A stretch of DNA of 64,000 nt from Octopus sinensis (Eukaryota): contig NC_043001.1 in NCBI RefSeq assembly GCF_006345805.1, forward strand, positions 135,222,001 through 135,286,000, given 5' to 3'. The position numbers and the translations under genes were made by a program. The notes beneath the pieces are model-generated. The model was given only the letters and a program-made list of their open reading frames with translations, did not search any database and was not told the origin of the DNA. Below are positions 14,226-26,030 of this stretch, one piece after another (the stretch's first letter is position 1; each line of letters begins with the position of its first letter).

Positions 14226-14889
14226 TATATATATATATATATATAGATATATATATATATATATACATATAGATAGATAAATAGACAGACAGACAGACAC
14301 ATAGATAGATAGATTGATAGAGAGAGGGACAGATATTTATATATGTGTGTGTCTCCAACCCATGCCAAGTATATAAAAGTGACACAAAATAATGATGAAG
14401 ATGATGATGATGATGATGAAGACAATGACGACGATGATGATATGATGATGAAGATGTTTTCCAAGGTCATGTGACAACATCTAATCTCATGCCTTTAACA
14501 AAGCTAGAAGCAAGCATTCCAATATTACACATAGGAATAACAAACAGAACGTACACTAGCGGAAATATGAAGCCATATTTGATTATTATCATTAATAAGT
14601 TGAAAACTAAACATGAATATTAAAAATATCCAGTGATATTCTATTGTAATTTCTCTTTGTTCCAATCATTACCTTTGTAATAATTATTTCTGTCATCTTC
14701 AAAGATGGCTTCAATCTTCTTCTTCCTTCCTCCCTCCCCCCCCCTGCCTTCTCTCTTGGTTTCTGGTATAAAACACACAAATGTAATTTATCACATATAT
14801 TCACGTAGTGTCAGTACTATGACAACCATTGTAGATATTCTTCAGTGAAATACCTCCTCAGCTGTCACTCGAATATAGAACACATGGGT

Positions 14890-15050
14890 GCCGGTGTGGC
14901 TGTGTGGGAAGAACCTTACTTCCCAACTGCTTGGTTTCACATTCAGTTCCACTGTGGGCACCTTTTGCAAGTTCTTCTCCAAAGCTTTGTGAGCGAATTT
15001 GGTAGATGGAAACTGAAAGAAGCCCATTGTATGTATGTGTGTGTGTGTGT
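14890..15050 (+). mobile_element. SINE family A 5' half
   Basis: gtggctgtgtgggaag ... ggtagatggaaactgaaagaagccc. Confidence 0.8.
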
Positions 15051-15096
15051 TGTGTCAATGCCCCCAGACGATAAAGTAGGCTAGCCCAATATGTAG

Positions 15097-15922
15097 TGTA
15101 GGGGATGCGTTATGTCAGCAAAGGCGCCCCCAGTGCAGATTCAGTCGTGGCCAAAAACGGATTCAGCCGTGGCCAAAAACGGATTCAGCCGTGGCCAAAA
15201 ACGGATTCAGCCGTGGCCAAAAACGGATTCAGCTGCGGCCAAAAACGGATTCAGCTGCGGCCAAAAACGGATTCAGCTGTGGCCAAAAACGGATTCAGCC
15301 GTGGCCAAAAACGGATTCAGCTGTGGCCAAAAACGGATTCAGCTGTGGCCAAAAACGGATTCAGCCGTGGCCAAAAACGGATTCAGCCGTGGCCAAAAAC
15401 GGATTCAGCTGTGGCCAAAAACGGATTCAGCTGTGGCCAAAAACGGATTCAGCCGTGGCCAAAAACGGATTCAGCTGTGGCCAAAAACGGATTCAGCCGT
15501 GGCCAAAAACGGATTCAGCCGTGGCCAAAAACGGATTCAGCCGTGGCCAAAAACGGATTTAGCTGTGGCCAAAAACGGATTCAGCTGTGGCCAAAAACGG
15601 ATTCAGCCGTGGCCAAAAACGGATTCAGCCGTGGCCAAAAACGGATTCAGCTGTGGCCAAAAACGGATTCAGCCGTGGCCAAAAACGGATTCAGCTGTGG
15701 CCAAAAACGGATTTGGCATGGTCTAGACTACATGTGGATTTCGCAGGACCAATAAATGGCTCTCATTATATCATTGTGGTGGATAGCTGTTCCAAATGGC
15801 CTGAAGTATGTAAATGTTCAAGGCCAACCACAAGTGTGACTATTGACTTCTTGGAAGAACTGTTCGCTCGTTACGGAGTGCCAGATACGATTGTGTCAGA
15901 TAACGGTACACAATTCACGGCG
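15097..15922 (+). pseudogene. Gypsy/Ty3 pol integrase fragment interrupted by a minisatellite
   Basis: CRGCVMSAKAPPVQIQSWPKTD then LAWSRLHVDFAGPINGSHYIIVVDSCSKWPEV...LFARYGVPDTIVSDNGTQF (rve core with first two catalytic Asp). Confidence 0.9.
15138..15713. repeat. 22-bp minisatellite, 26 units (gattcagcYgtggccaaaaacg)
   Basis: First GATT at 15138, last at 15710; 572/22 = 26. Confidence 0.97.
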
Positions 15923-16422
15923 ACGAGGATTTCGTAGCTCACACAGCCACTGTGTATATTGTGATATAGCAGTGTGTGTGTGTGTATGTGTGTACATGTG
16001 TGTGTGTGTGTGTATGTGTGGACATGTGTGTGTTTGTGTCTCCTTGTCTTGATATTATGTGATAGTTGTAAGAGAGAGAGAGAGTGATGAAGAGTTTTAT
16101 AAACATATAAAAAGAGGGAAAGGTGTAAAAGAGAGAGAGAAAGAGAGAGACAGAGAGAGACAGAGAGAGATTGATAGTGATAGATAGAGAGTGGGAGATT
16201 TGTCAGTCTAAAAGTTGAGTTACTTCTTGTAGTAAATTATATCTTTTGCTTATTATTTGCAGACAACCTTCACTTTGGAAAGCAGATTTCAAAAATTAAA
16301 TTAATTTCCTTTGAAGACATACCATATCAGAGACTTTTGGTGCTAAACCTACATGCATAACTTCATACAGTCACTCTCCTTTACATATAGAAGAAAATAC
16401 ACACACATACTATATATATATA

Positions 16423-16820
16423 TCTTTATATATAAGAGTGAAGTTGTGTGTCTGTCTCCTATGATTTAGATTCCTAACTACTCCCACATTTTGCGGTGCA
16501 GTTTAACCAAAACCGGGTATCTTATAGTCGTGATTCATATCGAGCCCTTCTGGGTATTAGCGCGCGTCTACCATGAGTCTACGATTTTAAAAATAATTTA
16601 CCATCATTTTTTTCCATTTTAATGCATTTTTTCTCTATTATATAAGGGAAATAACTCTCTAAAAATGTCTACGTTGAATCAACGATTTAAAAAAAAATTT
16701 ACCATCATTTTTTTCCCATTTTTAATGCATTTTTTTGCTATTTTTTGGCTATAACTCTCTAAAAATGCTTATATAGTTATTTCCCTTACAAACCCGAGCA
16801 ACGCCGGGCGATACTGCTAG
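16423..16820 (+). mobile_element. Non-autonomous Helitron
   Basis: A|TC start, 3' hairpin cccgagcaacgccggg, CTAG|T end; internal ~95-bp direct repeat. Confidence 0.82.
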
Positions 16821-16865
16821 TATATATATATCGAATATAAATTAAAAAACAGAACACAAAGGATA

Positions 16866-16960
16866 TCGCGGTACACGTGTTTCGAGCTTTATAAACAATC
16901 TGTTATCACATCAGTGTATTGTTGATATAAAAGATGGTTTAAAGCTCTCTTCAGCCGCAA
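16866..16960 (-). ncRNA. Type I hammerhead ribozyme with canonical core
   Basis: ttgcgg-CUGAAGA-GAGCUUU[long helix II]AAAGCUC-GAAA-CACGUG-UA^ccgcga; 6-bp helix I, palindromic helix III. Confidence 0.75.
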
Positions 16961-17013
16961 ACATTGTTAGTCCAAAGATTTATATTGTGATGTAATCTTT
17001 GGATTAACAATGT

Positions 17014-17109
17014 TTGCAGCTGAAGAGATCTTTAAACCATCTTTTATATCAACAATACACTTGATGTAATAACAGATTGTTTATAAAGCTTGAAACACGT
17101 GTACTGCGA
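17014..17109 (+). ncRNA. Type I hammerhead ribozyme, second copy with slightly decayed helix II
   Basis: ttgcag-CUGAAGA-gaucuuu...aaagcuu-GAAA-CACGUG-UA^cugcga. Confidence 0.65.
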
Positions 17110-17599
17110 TATTCTTTGTGTTCTGCTTTTTAATTTATATTTGATATATTCTCTCACCTCTGCCACTATCTGGCATAGACAGGTGCTTACACTTATCAAG
17201 TATTCACTCTAAATTTACAGTACCTACTATATATATATATATATATGGATGTATATATACATACATATCTATCTATTTATATTTATAATGTAATATTTGG
17301 AAAGAGATGTAACTGATAAAGCCTATAAACACACCTACTGGTTGTTGCTTGTCTATATTTCACTTCCCTTTCATTTTCAAAACAATTGATAATTGCTTGT
17401 TTCCCTAAATATTTTTCACTATACCAATCTGTATGTTTCTCAACCAATATGCATTTTTCACTTTCAAACTCTTGGTTTTCAATTTATAACTTTTTTTTTT
17501 GTTGTTGCTAAATCTTCAGAATAGCATACATACGAACAAATGACGTTTTTTTTTATTTAAACTTTTTTTGCAAGCATCAAAACAAGTATATGTGCAGAT

Positions 17600-17872
17600 G
17601 TGAGTCTTGGTTGACTTCAGCTGGTGTTACTGGCTGGTTGTTAACTTATCTCTCCTTCATATTAAATGTGTAAGAGAGGTCTACCTCAAGGGTGGGGTTT
17701 TTGGTGTCTGGAAAGAATTCAACATTTTTTTTATCAAACTATTGTATTACTTTATGGAGACTATAGATGTTTGTTTCTGTTCATTGAACTCTCGCTCTCT
17801 CTAGTGTTCTGCAATCCTTTCAGCTAGACTGTGTGATGTCTCTCCTATGTAAGTTGTGATGGTGTTTCTACA
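17600..17872 (-). pseudogene. Penelope-like GIY-YIG endonuclease remnant
   Basis: CRNTITTYIGETSHSLAERIAEH matches the C..YIGET..L..R..EH motif; stops follow. Confidence 0.7.
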
Positions 17873-18004
17873 TTGACTCTGTGTGCATCTCATTTGGTAC
17901 ACATGCATATAGTCTATAAATACATACATACATATGTACATACACATATTATCTATCTATTTCATATGTGTATATATATATATATTTATTTATATGTATT
18001 CTTT

Positions 18005-18365
18005 CAAGCTTTTATTTGTTTCAGTCATTTTTACTGTGGCCATGCTGGAGCACCACCTTTTTTAGTCATAGAAATTGTAAGCCTGGTACTTATTCTATCA
18101 GTCACTTTGGCTGAACCACTAAGTTATGGGGAAGTAAACACACCAACATTGGTTGTCAAGCGATGTTGGGGGAACAAACACAGACACAAATATATATATA
18201 TATATATTATATATATATATATGACAGGCTTCTTTCAGTTTCCATCTACCAAATCTACTCACAAGGCTCTAGTAGAAGACACTTCCCCAGGGTGCCATGC
18301 AGTAGAACTGAACCCAGGACCATGTGTTTGGGAAGCAAGTTTCTTACCACTCAACCATGCCTGTG
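18005..18365 (-). mobile_element. SINE family A
   Basis: Reverse complement of tail, core and head. Confidence 0.88.
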
Positions 18366-18676
18366 CATATATAGCCTTTTATATACACATATAGTTTTCA
18401 TATGTACACATACATGCAGTGTTAGTTTGTGTGTCTACCAATATATTTATTATTTTGTAATACTTATCTGACTACCAAACAAAAATGCTATTCAGTATGG
18501 TTACTGACTAGCTAGTTGTTAAAGGGCCAACATACTATTAAAGGCCAATTACCTGTATTGTTAAACACTAATTATGACAGCATATAGACATACACCTTAT
18601 TACTATAAGAATTATTATTACTATTATTATTAAGGTGGCGAGCTGGCAGAATTGTTAGCTTACTGGGCAAAATGCT

Positions 18677-19038
18677 TATTCTTTTACTTGTTTCAGTTAT
18701 TTGACTGTGGCCATGCTGGAGCACTGCCTTTAGCCTAGTACTTAGTCTATAGGTCTCTTTTACTGAACCGCTAAGTTACAGGGATGTAAACACACCAGCA
18801 TTGATTGTCAAGTAATGTTGGGGGGACAAACACAGACACACAAACATATACAAACACATACATGTAAATATATACATTTATACAACGGGCTTCTTTCAGT
18901 TTCCATCTACCAAATCCACTCACAAGGCTTTGGTTGGCCCGAGGCTATAGTAGAAGACACTTGCCCAAGGTGCCATGCAGTGGGACTGAACCTAGAACCA
19001 TGTAGTTGGTAAGCAAGCTACTTACCACACAGCCACTC
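18677..19038 (-). mobile_element. SINE family A inserted into a family B head
   Basis: Family B head at ~18632-18676 resumes after 19038. Confidence 0.82.
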
Positions 19039-19606
19039 GTCTTTACATTCTGAGTTCAAATTCCACCAAGGTTGACTTTGCCTCCATCCTTTTGTGGTCG
19101 ATAATACAAATACCAGTTGAAAACTGGGGTTGATGTATTGACTTACCCCTCCCCTGAAATTTCAGGCCTTATGCAAAAAAGTTTGAAATCATCACCATCA
19201 TCATTAGTATCATTATTTAAGCTGGCAGAATCATTAGCATGCTGGGTGAAATTCTTAGCGGTATTTTGTCTGTGTTACGTTGTGAGTTCAAATTCCGCCG
19301 AGGTCGACTTTGCCTTTCATCCTTTTTCAGTCGATAAATAAGTACCAGTTACGCACTGGGGTCGATGTAATCGACTTAATACCTATGTCTGTCCTTGTTT
19401 GTCCCCTCTGTGTTTGGCCCCCTGTGGGTAATAAAGAAATAGGTATTTTGTCTGCCGCTACGTTCTGAATTCAAATTCTGCTGAGGTTGACTTTGCCTTT
19501 CATCCTTTCGAAGTCAATTACATACGTACCAGTAATGCACTGGGGTTGATGTAATCAACTTAATCCCTTCCCCGAAATTTGAGGCCTTGTGCTTCTTGTA
19601 TAAAGG

Positions 19607-19650
<44 letters not shown>

Positions 19651-20250
19651 GGCAGTGAGCTGACAGAATCGTTAGCACACTGGTCGAAATGCCTAGTGAT
19701 TTTTTGTCTGTCTTCACATTCTGAGTTCAAATTCCAAGGTCGACTTTGTCTTTCATCCTTTTGGGGTCGATGAAATAAGTACCAGTTACGCACTGTGGTT
19801 GATCTAATCGACTAGCCCCTTTCCCCCAAAATTTTCAAGGCCTTGTACTTAGAGAAGAAATAATTATTATTATTATTATTACTAAAGGCAGTGAGCTGGC
19901 AGAATTGTTAGTATGCCAGGCAGAATGCTTGGTGGTGTTTTGTCCATCCTTACATTCAGAGTTCAAATCCCACTGAGGTCGACTTTGCGTTTCCTCTTTT
20001 CGGGGTCGATGAAAAAAGTACCAGTTATGTTCCCTCCCCCAAAATTTTGGGCCTTGTGCCTTTAGTAGAAAGGATTATTTAGCGGTATTTGACCCATCAC
20101 TGCATTGTGAGTTCAAATTCCACTGAGGTCAACTTTGCCTTTCATCCTTTCAGGGTTGATGGAATAAGTACCAGTTGAGTACTGGGATTAATGTAATCGA
20201 CTATCCCCTTCCTCTAAAATTTCAGGCCTTGTGCCTATAGTAGAAAGAGT
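19039..20250 (+). mobile_element. Head-to-tail cluster of ~7 family B SINE copies with (TAT)n or (CAT)n spacers
   Basis: gagttcaaatt(c)c...gactttgcctt...gataaa.aagtaccagtt recurs about seven times. Confidence 0.85.
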
Positions 20251-20261
20251 TATTATTATTA

Positions 20262-20296
<35 letters not shown>

Positions 20297-20324
20297 TAGT
20301 ATTATTATTATTATTATTATTATT

Positions 20325-20810
20325 TTTTTCCCCTTCTTTCTTCAAATTTTCTTCCATTTCTTGCCAAGTGTTTTCCGTACACCTGGGGCAGAGAAGTTCA
20401 TTGTATGCATTCCCAGATTGCACATGCAAATTCACAGGTAAAATATGTATTTAAAAAATAAATAAATAAATAAATAAATTCATGAATGGATGTTGTTTTC
20501 ATAGCAATAATGCTCTTCTCAGTACATGAGTTGTTCCAGTTAACACAATTTTTTGCACTTCCTGTAGGGATGGTAAGCCTGGTATCATTTTCAAATAGGT
20601 TTCAGTACCTTTTTTTTATCATTCCTAGAGATCCTACAATCACTGGTAGTGCAGTTGCCTTGAGATGCCACATTCCTTCAATTTCTATTAGCAAGTCTTT
20701 ATATTTACTAATCTTATCAAATTCTTTTGCCTCGATATTGTGATTGCAAGGAATACTCATGTCAATTAATAAACACACCTTTCTTGTCTGATCTTTTATA
20801 ATAATATCCG

Positions 20811-20812
<2 letters not shown>
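20325..20812 (-). pseudogene. R4/Dong-type LINE endonuclease C-terminus and 3' UTR
   Basis: DIIIKDQTRKVCLLIDMSIPCNHNIEAKEFDKISKYKDL...LPVIVGSLGMI, frameshift, QKIVLTGTTHVLRRALLL*; (TAA)n on both sides. Confidence 0.85.
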
Positions 20813-20848
<36 letters not shown>

Positions 20849-20850
<2 letters not shown>

Positions 20851-21044
20851 GTTTGACTTTTGCTTTATATTTGTACAAGTTGGCTCCAAGTCTCACCCGG
20901 AGACCTCAAGAGACAACAGGTTGGAAGTTCATGTTGTTGTTATGCCTAGTGTGCCATTATTTTGGTTGTTTTTTGTGTTGTGTACTAGTGGATGTCTAAA
21001 AAAATTAAAAAAAATTTTTTTTAATGTTTGTTTTAAACCTTGAG

Positions 21045-21045
<1 letters not shown>
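20849..21045. mobile_element. Unclassified insert flanked by (ATT)n arrays
   Basis: Complex sequence bounded on both sides by (ATT)n. Confidence 0.45.
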
Positions 21046-21101
<56 letters not shown>

Positions 21102-21177
21102 ATATTATAATATTATTATCATTATTATTATTATTATTATTATAATATTATAATATTATTATCATTATTATTATTAT

Positions 21178-21731
21178 TGAGTGAGAGAGCAGTTCATGCC
21201 ATCAAAGTGACACTGGGGTAAAATATACGAAGCCCAATATACCCATCATGACTACCCGTCTGATAAGGGCACACCAGGCACATGCATCACAACCATATGT
21301 GCGCGGCATGGTGATCTCATATCAAGATAAACTGCACATGACCTTGCAGGGGGGGCCCAGTTAGAATTTTCTTCAGGTTGAGTAGCCCATTCCCGCTCAA
21401 ACGGTCCTGAATAAGGGTTGTTTTAAGGATGTTGAAAAACCCACCCATGTCTCCAGAGGTGAATTATTCAAACCCCAAAGAATCGCTCTCAACACATGGC
21501 TATGATGCTCCTCCACTACTTCTGCTCGTGATCAGAGATGCACATATCGTCAGCCACTAATGGACATGCTCAACTGGTTACGGTCAAACAACTGACAAGC
21601 AAATCTGTGGTATTGAGCAGAATATTTGCGTAGCCCATCTTTTATACCAAGACAAAACATGTACATGATAACACTTCCAATCAGTTAAGATCAGAAGCCA
21701 TGAGAGCCTCTGCCTGGTACTGCATCAGGGC

Positions 21732-21735
<4 letters not shown>
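21178..21735. mobile_element. Unclassified (TAA)n-associated element
   Basis: Higher-GC 560-bp block bounded by (ATT)n arrays; no ORF. Confidence 0.5.
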
Positions 21736-21771
<36 letters not shown>

Positions 21772-22718
21772 TACAGTATCATTAAATCGTTGTTCAAAAC
21801 AAAAATACCTTGTGGTATTTGCTTCCACTCTTTATGGTCTAGGTTCAAACCCTAACAATGTCAACTTTTTCTTCTATCTATCTGAGGGTTGATAACATAA
21901 ACTACCAGTCACATACTGGGATTAATATAATCAACCAATCACCTTACTACCCTCAGAATTGTGTCAACCTAAGAAACGGTTATTAAAAATAATAATTATT
22001 ATAATATCTCATCATCGTTTCTGCTGTTATTGTTGTTGTTCTTATTGCTAGTGTCCCTATTGTTGTTATTTTTGTCCTATCCACAGTTTCTGTCATATCT
22101 TGTTAATTCTATCAGCTTAGCATGGAAAACGGACGCTAAACGATGATGATGATGATGATCTTGTTTTCCATTCTCTGCCATCTTTTCCTCCTCTTCCTTT
22201 TATTATTCTGTCTTTTCAAATTTAGTTCCCACCTCTTCCTCCTCCCCCTCTCTTTTTCTCTCCTTCCCTCTCTTTTTCTCTCCTGCTCCCTCTCTTTCTC
22301 TCTTCCTCCTCCTTCTCCCTCTCTCAGCCTTTCATTTCCACACGAGCATACACACACATATTCATCCACATACTGACAAACATAAATACAAATGAATGTA
22401 TATACAGTCACTATCTCTTGTACACACACACACGCATTTAAATGCATCATATACACATACAAACATCCACATATACACATTCATATATATTCACATATTT
22501 ATGCATACATAATTTCATATACACATAAACCTATTGTTCACATATACATAAACATACATATTTACATGCACATATGCTCATACACATAAATCATATGTGT
22601 AGGCATATATACATGCACATACAGACTCATGGGCATGCAAGTATGTATATGCATGGACATACATATATGCATATACATACATTTACATATATATTACATA
22701 TATATTACATATATATAT

Positions 22719-23045
22719 AGGCGCAAGAGTGGCTGTGTGGTAAGTAGCTTGCTTACCAACCACATGGTTGTGGGTTCAGTCCTATTGTATGGCACCTTAG
22801 ACAAGTGTCTTCTACTATAGCCTTGGGCTGACCAAAGCCTTGTGAGTGGATTATATATGTATATGTTTGTATGCCTGTGTTTGTTCCCCCACCATCACTT
22901 GACAACCAGTGTTGGTGTGTTTACTTCCCCATAACTTAGTGGCTCGGCAAAAGAAGACCAACAGAATGAATACTAGGTTTACAAAGAATAAGTCCTGGGT
23001 ACTCCCGTGTGGCCGCAATCAAATGACTAAAACAAGTAAAAGATA
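22719..23045 (+). mobile_element. SINE family A
   Basis: Head, core and tail present. Confidence 0.88.
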
Positions 23046-23098
23046 TAATAAAAAGAGTATAATTACATACATACATATATAAATAAATATTAATAATA

Positions 23099-23141
<43 letters not shown>

Positions 23142-23142
23142 C

Positions 23143-23380
23143 ATTCATCATCATCATTTTTAACGTCCGTTTTTTCCGCCTAGCACGGGTTGGACGGTTT
23201 CGACCGGGGTCTGGGGAGCTCGGGACTGCCCCAGGCTCCAGTCTAGTCTGGCAGTGTTTCTACAGCTGGATGCCCTTCCTAACGCCAACCACTCCGCGAG
23301 TGTAGGGGTTGTTTTTTACGTGCCACCTGCACAGGTGCCAGAGGGGTCTGGCATCGGCCACGTTCGGATGGTGCTTTTTA
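23143..23380 (-). mobile_element. RTE 3'-tail fragment
   Basis: (CAT)n plus tail motif. Confidence 0.85.
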
Positions 23381-23638
23381 TGTGGGGGGGGGGAGGACGG
23401 AAATATAGGGGAGCACCAGTGGGGGGGGGTGGTTCAGAGAAATGATGACAGGTTCTAGGCAAGTAGAACGTAGGATATCAAGAGAGGGGTAATGCATGGT
23501 CAAATAGCGTATTGAAGAGGGGGGTTCGAAGAGTAGACACCTATAATGGTGGTGGGAGAAGCGACATCCGGTGTATGATGGAGCAAAAATATAGAGATAT
23601 CCGGTATTGGTGGTGGGGGTGGGCAAGGGCGGGTGCAC

Positions 23639-23816
23639 CGGGAATATGACGGGCTGGCTTAAATGCTCTTAGCAAAGGAAGAGGGGGGATGGCAGACAAC
23701 GTAAAAGAGGAGGAGAGGGAGAGAGAGAAGGAAATAGTGGAACCCCGCGAAAATGGGCCGCCATTGAAAAAACCCCTGTATGGAGAAATAATATGCAATA
23801 CAAGGCGAAGCTGAAA

Positions 23817-23855
<39 letters not shown>

Positions 23856-24176
23856 TAATAATAAGCAAATTTTCGACCGAGGATCAAAGGGACAATACTA
23901 ATACTACTAATAATAGTAATAATAATAAATAATAACAGCTCAACCACAACATTAGATTAGAAAGACTCTCTTATCTTGGGAACATTTCGTTCTTCGGCCT
24001 GACACGGGAATATGACGGGCTGGCTTAAATGCTCTTAGCAAAGGAAGAGGGGGGATGGCAGACAACGTAAAAGAGGGAGAGAGAGAGAAGGGAAATAGTG
24101 AACCCCGCGAAAATGGGCCGCCATTGAAAAAACCCCTGTATGGAGAAATAATATGCAATACAAGGCGAAGCTGAAA

Positions 24177-24225
<49 letters not shown>

Positions 24226-24540
24226 GCAAATTTTCGACCGAGGATCAAAGGGACAATACTAATACTACTAATAATAGTAATAATAATAAATAATAAACAG
24301 CTCAACACAACATTAGATTAGAAAGACTCTCTTATCTTGGGAACATTTCGTTCTTCGGCCTGACACGGGAATATGACGGGCTGGCTTAAATGCTCTTAGC
24401 AAAGGAAGAGGGGGGATGGCAGACAACGTAAAAGAGGGAGAGAGAGAAGGGAAATAGTGGAACCCCGCGAAAATGGGCCGCCATTGAAAAAACCCCTGTA
24501 TGGAGAAATAATATGCAATACAAGGCGAAGCTGAAAATAG
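23639..24540. repeat. ~363-bp tandem repeat, 2.5 copies, unclassified
   Basis: cgggaatatgacgggctgg starts at 23639, 24005 and 24366. Confidence 0.92.
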
Positions 24541-24555
24541 ATATATAAATATATA

Positions 24556-24705
24556 TCATCATCATCATCAATTAATGTCCATCGTCCATACTGGCATGGG
24601 TTTGATGGCTTGACCAGAGCTGGAAAGCTGAGGGACTGCACCAGATTCCAGCCTGATTTGGCATAGTTTCTATGGCTACATGCCCTTCCTAATGCCAACC
24701 ACGGG
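24556..24705 (-). mobile_element. RTE 3'-tail fragment
   Basis: (CAT)n plus tail motif. Confidence 0.8.
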
Positions 24706-24806
24706 TGCCAGTTGTGTGAGACCAGTATCTGTTATGACTATGATTTCAATTAGCTTGATGAGACTTCTACTCAAGCACAACATATTACTCAAGATCCTGG
24801 TCATTT

Positions 24807-24879
24807 GTCATTGCCTCCATGAGGCTGTCATTGCCTCCATGAGGCTGTCATTGCCTCCATGAGGCTGTCATTGCCTCCA
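24807..24879. repeat. 20-bp tandem repeat, ~3.6 copies (gtcattgcctccatgaggct)
   Basis: Direct reading. Confidence 0.95.
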
Positions 24880-25287
24880 GAAGACAAAATGTCTTTGACA
24901 ATTTTCTCCTGGTTTCTTTGCCATATACTTATTTCCACTTTTTGCTTGTTTCAGCTGTGACCATACTGGGGCACTGCCTTTGTGTATTTCTACCTAGAAA
25001 CACGGCAGAGATTCAGACAAATGTGTTGCTAGGACTCTGAGCAACCAACTCAACTGAATAGGTTTGCTAGTTGATATATTGTCACCATTCTTTGTGTTGT
25101 GGCCATGGGTAAGACAGGGCTGTAACTTTCAATAGCTGAGTCAACTAAGCTGAAAGTAGAGACACATAGAATGCACACAGACACTCAGATTCTCTCTCTC
25201 TCTCCTTCCTTCTCTTTCTTTCTCCTTCTTCCTCTCATACTCATCCACATATATTAACTCAGAACACACACGTACTCATGTTTGATA

Positions 25288-25667
25288 TTCTTTTATTTGT
25301 TTCAGTGATTTGACTGTGGCCATGCTGGAGCATTGCCTTAAAATATTTTTTTGTTGAACAATTCAACCCTAGGACTTTTTTAAAGCCTAGTACTTATTCT
25401 ACGAGTCTCTTTTGCCTGGACTATTAAGTTACACACCAACACCGGTCATCAAGGAGGACAAACACAGACACAAAGACACACACACAGACACACACACACA
25501 CAAGACGGGCTTCTTTCAGTTCCTGTCTACTAAATCCACTCACAAGGCTTGGGTTGGCCCAAGGATATAGTAGAAGACACTTGCCCAAAGTGCCATGCAG
25601 TGGGATTGAACCTGGAACTATGTGGTTGGGCAGCAAGCTTCTTACTACACAGCCATGCCTGCACCTA
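25288..25667 (-). mobile_element. SINE family A
   Basis: Reverse complement of tail, core and head. Confidence 0.85.
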
Positions 25668-25859
25668 GTTGTCTTGTATAATGCATGTTTGTTGCCATTG
25701 GATTCTGTTTTGGAGAAAGAATTAAATTCGTCTATATTTATGGTTGAAAAATTTGCAACACTAAAATCTTATTAGCTCTTGGTGAACGATGATAATAGGG
25801 GTGGAGGGTGGGGCAGGGATAATGGTTATAAGGTGGGCAGTGACATCAGCAAAATGATG

Positions 25860-25869
25860 GTGGCGGTGG

Positions 25870-25910
<41 letters not shown>

Positions 25911-26030
25911 GTGATGGTGGTGGTGATGATGATGATGATGATGATGATGATGAGGAGGAGGAGGAAGAGGATGGTAGTGGTGATGATATTGAGAATTATT
26001 GTAGCAGCAGCAGCAGCAGCAGCAACAGCA
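25860..26030. repeat. (GAT)n/(GCA)n low-complexity tract
   Basis: Direct reading. Confidence 0.9.

Larger units (their letters stand above)
16825..17149. repeat. Long inverted repeat (~156-bp arms, 13-nt spacer), PLE pseudo-LTR-like
   Basis: Arms 16825-16980 and 16994-17149 are near reverse complements, differing mostly at CpG sites. Confidence 0.92.

Noticed and set aside
15138-15713. CRISPR-like regular array
   Set aside because: Units are contiguous with no unique spacers, there are no cas genes, and the unit derives from the integrase coding sequence.
21665-21735. HDV-like ribozyme at the minus-strand end of the (TAA)n-flanked element
   Set aside because: P2 and P3 can be drawn, but P1 needs a bulge and P1.1, P4 and the J4/2 cytosine context are missing.
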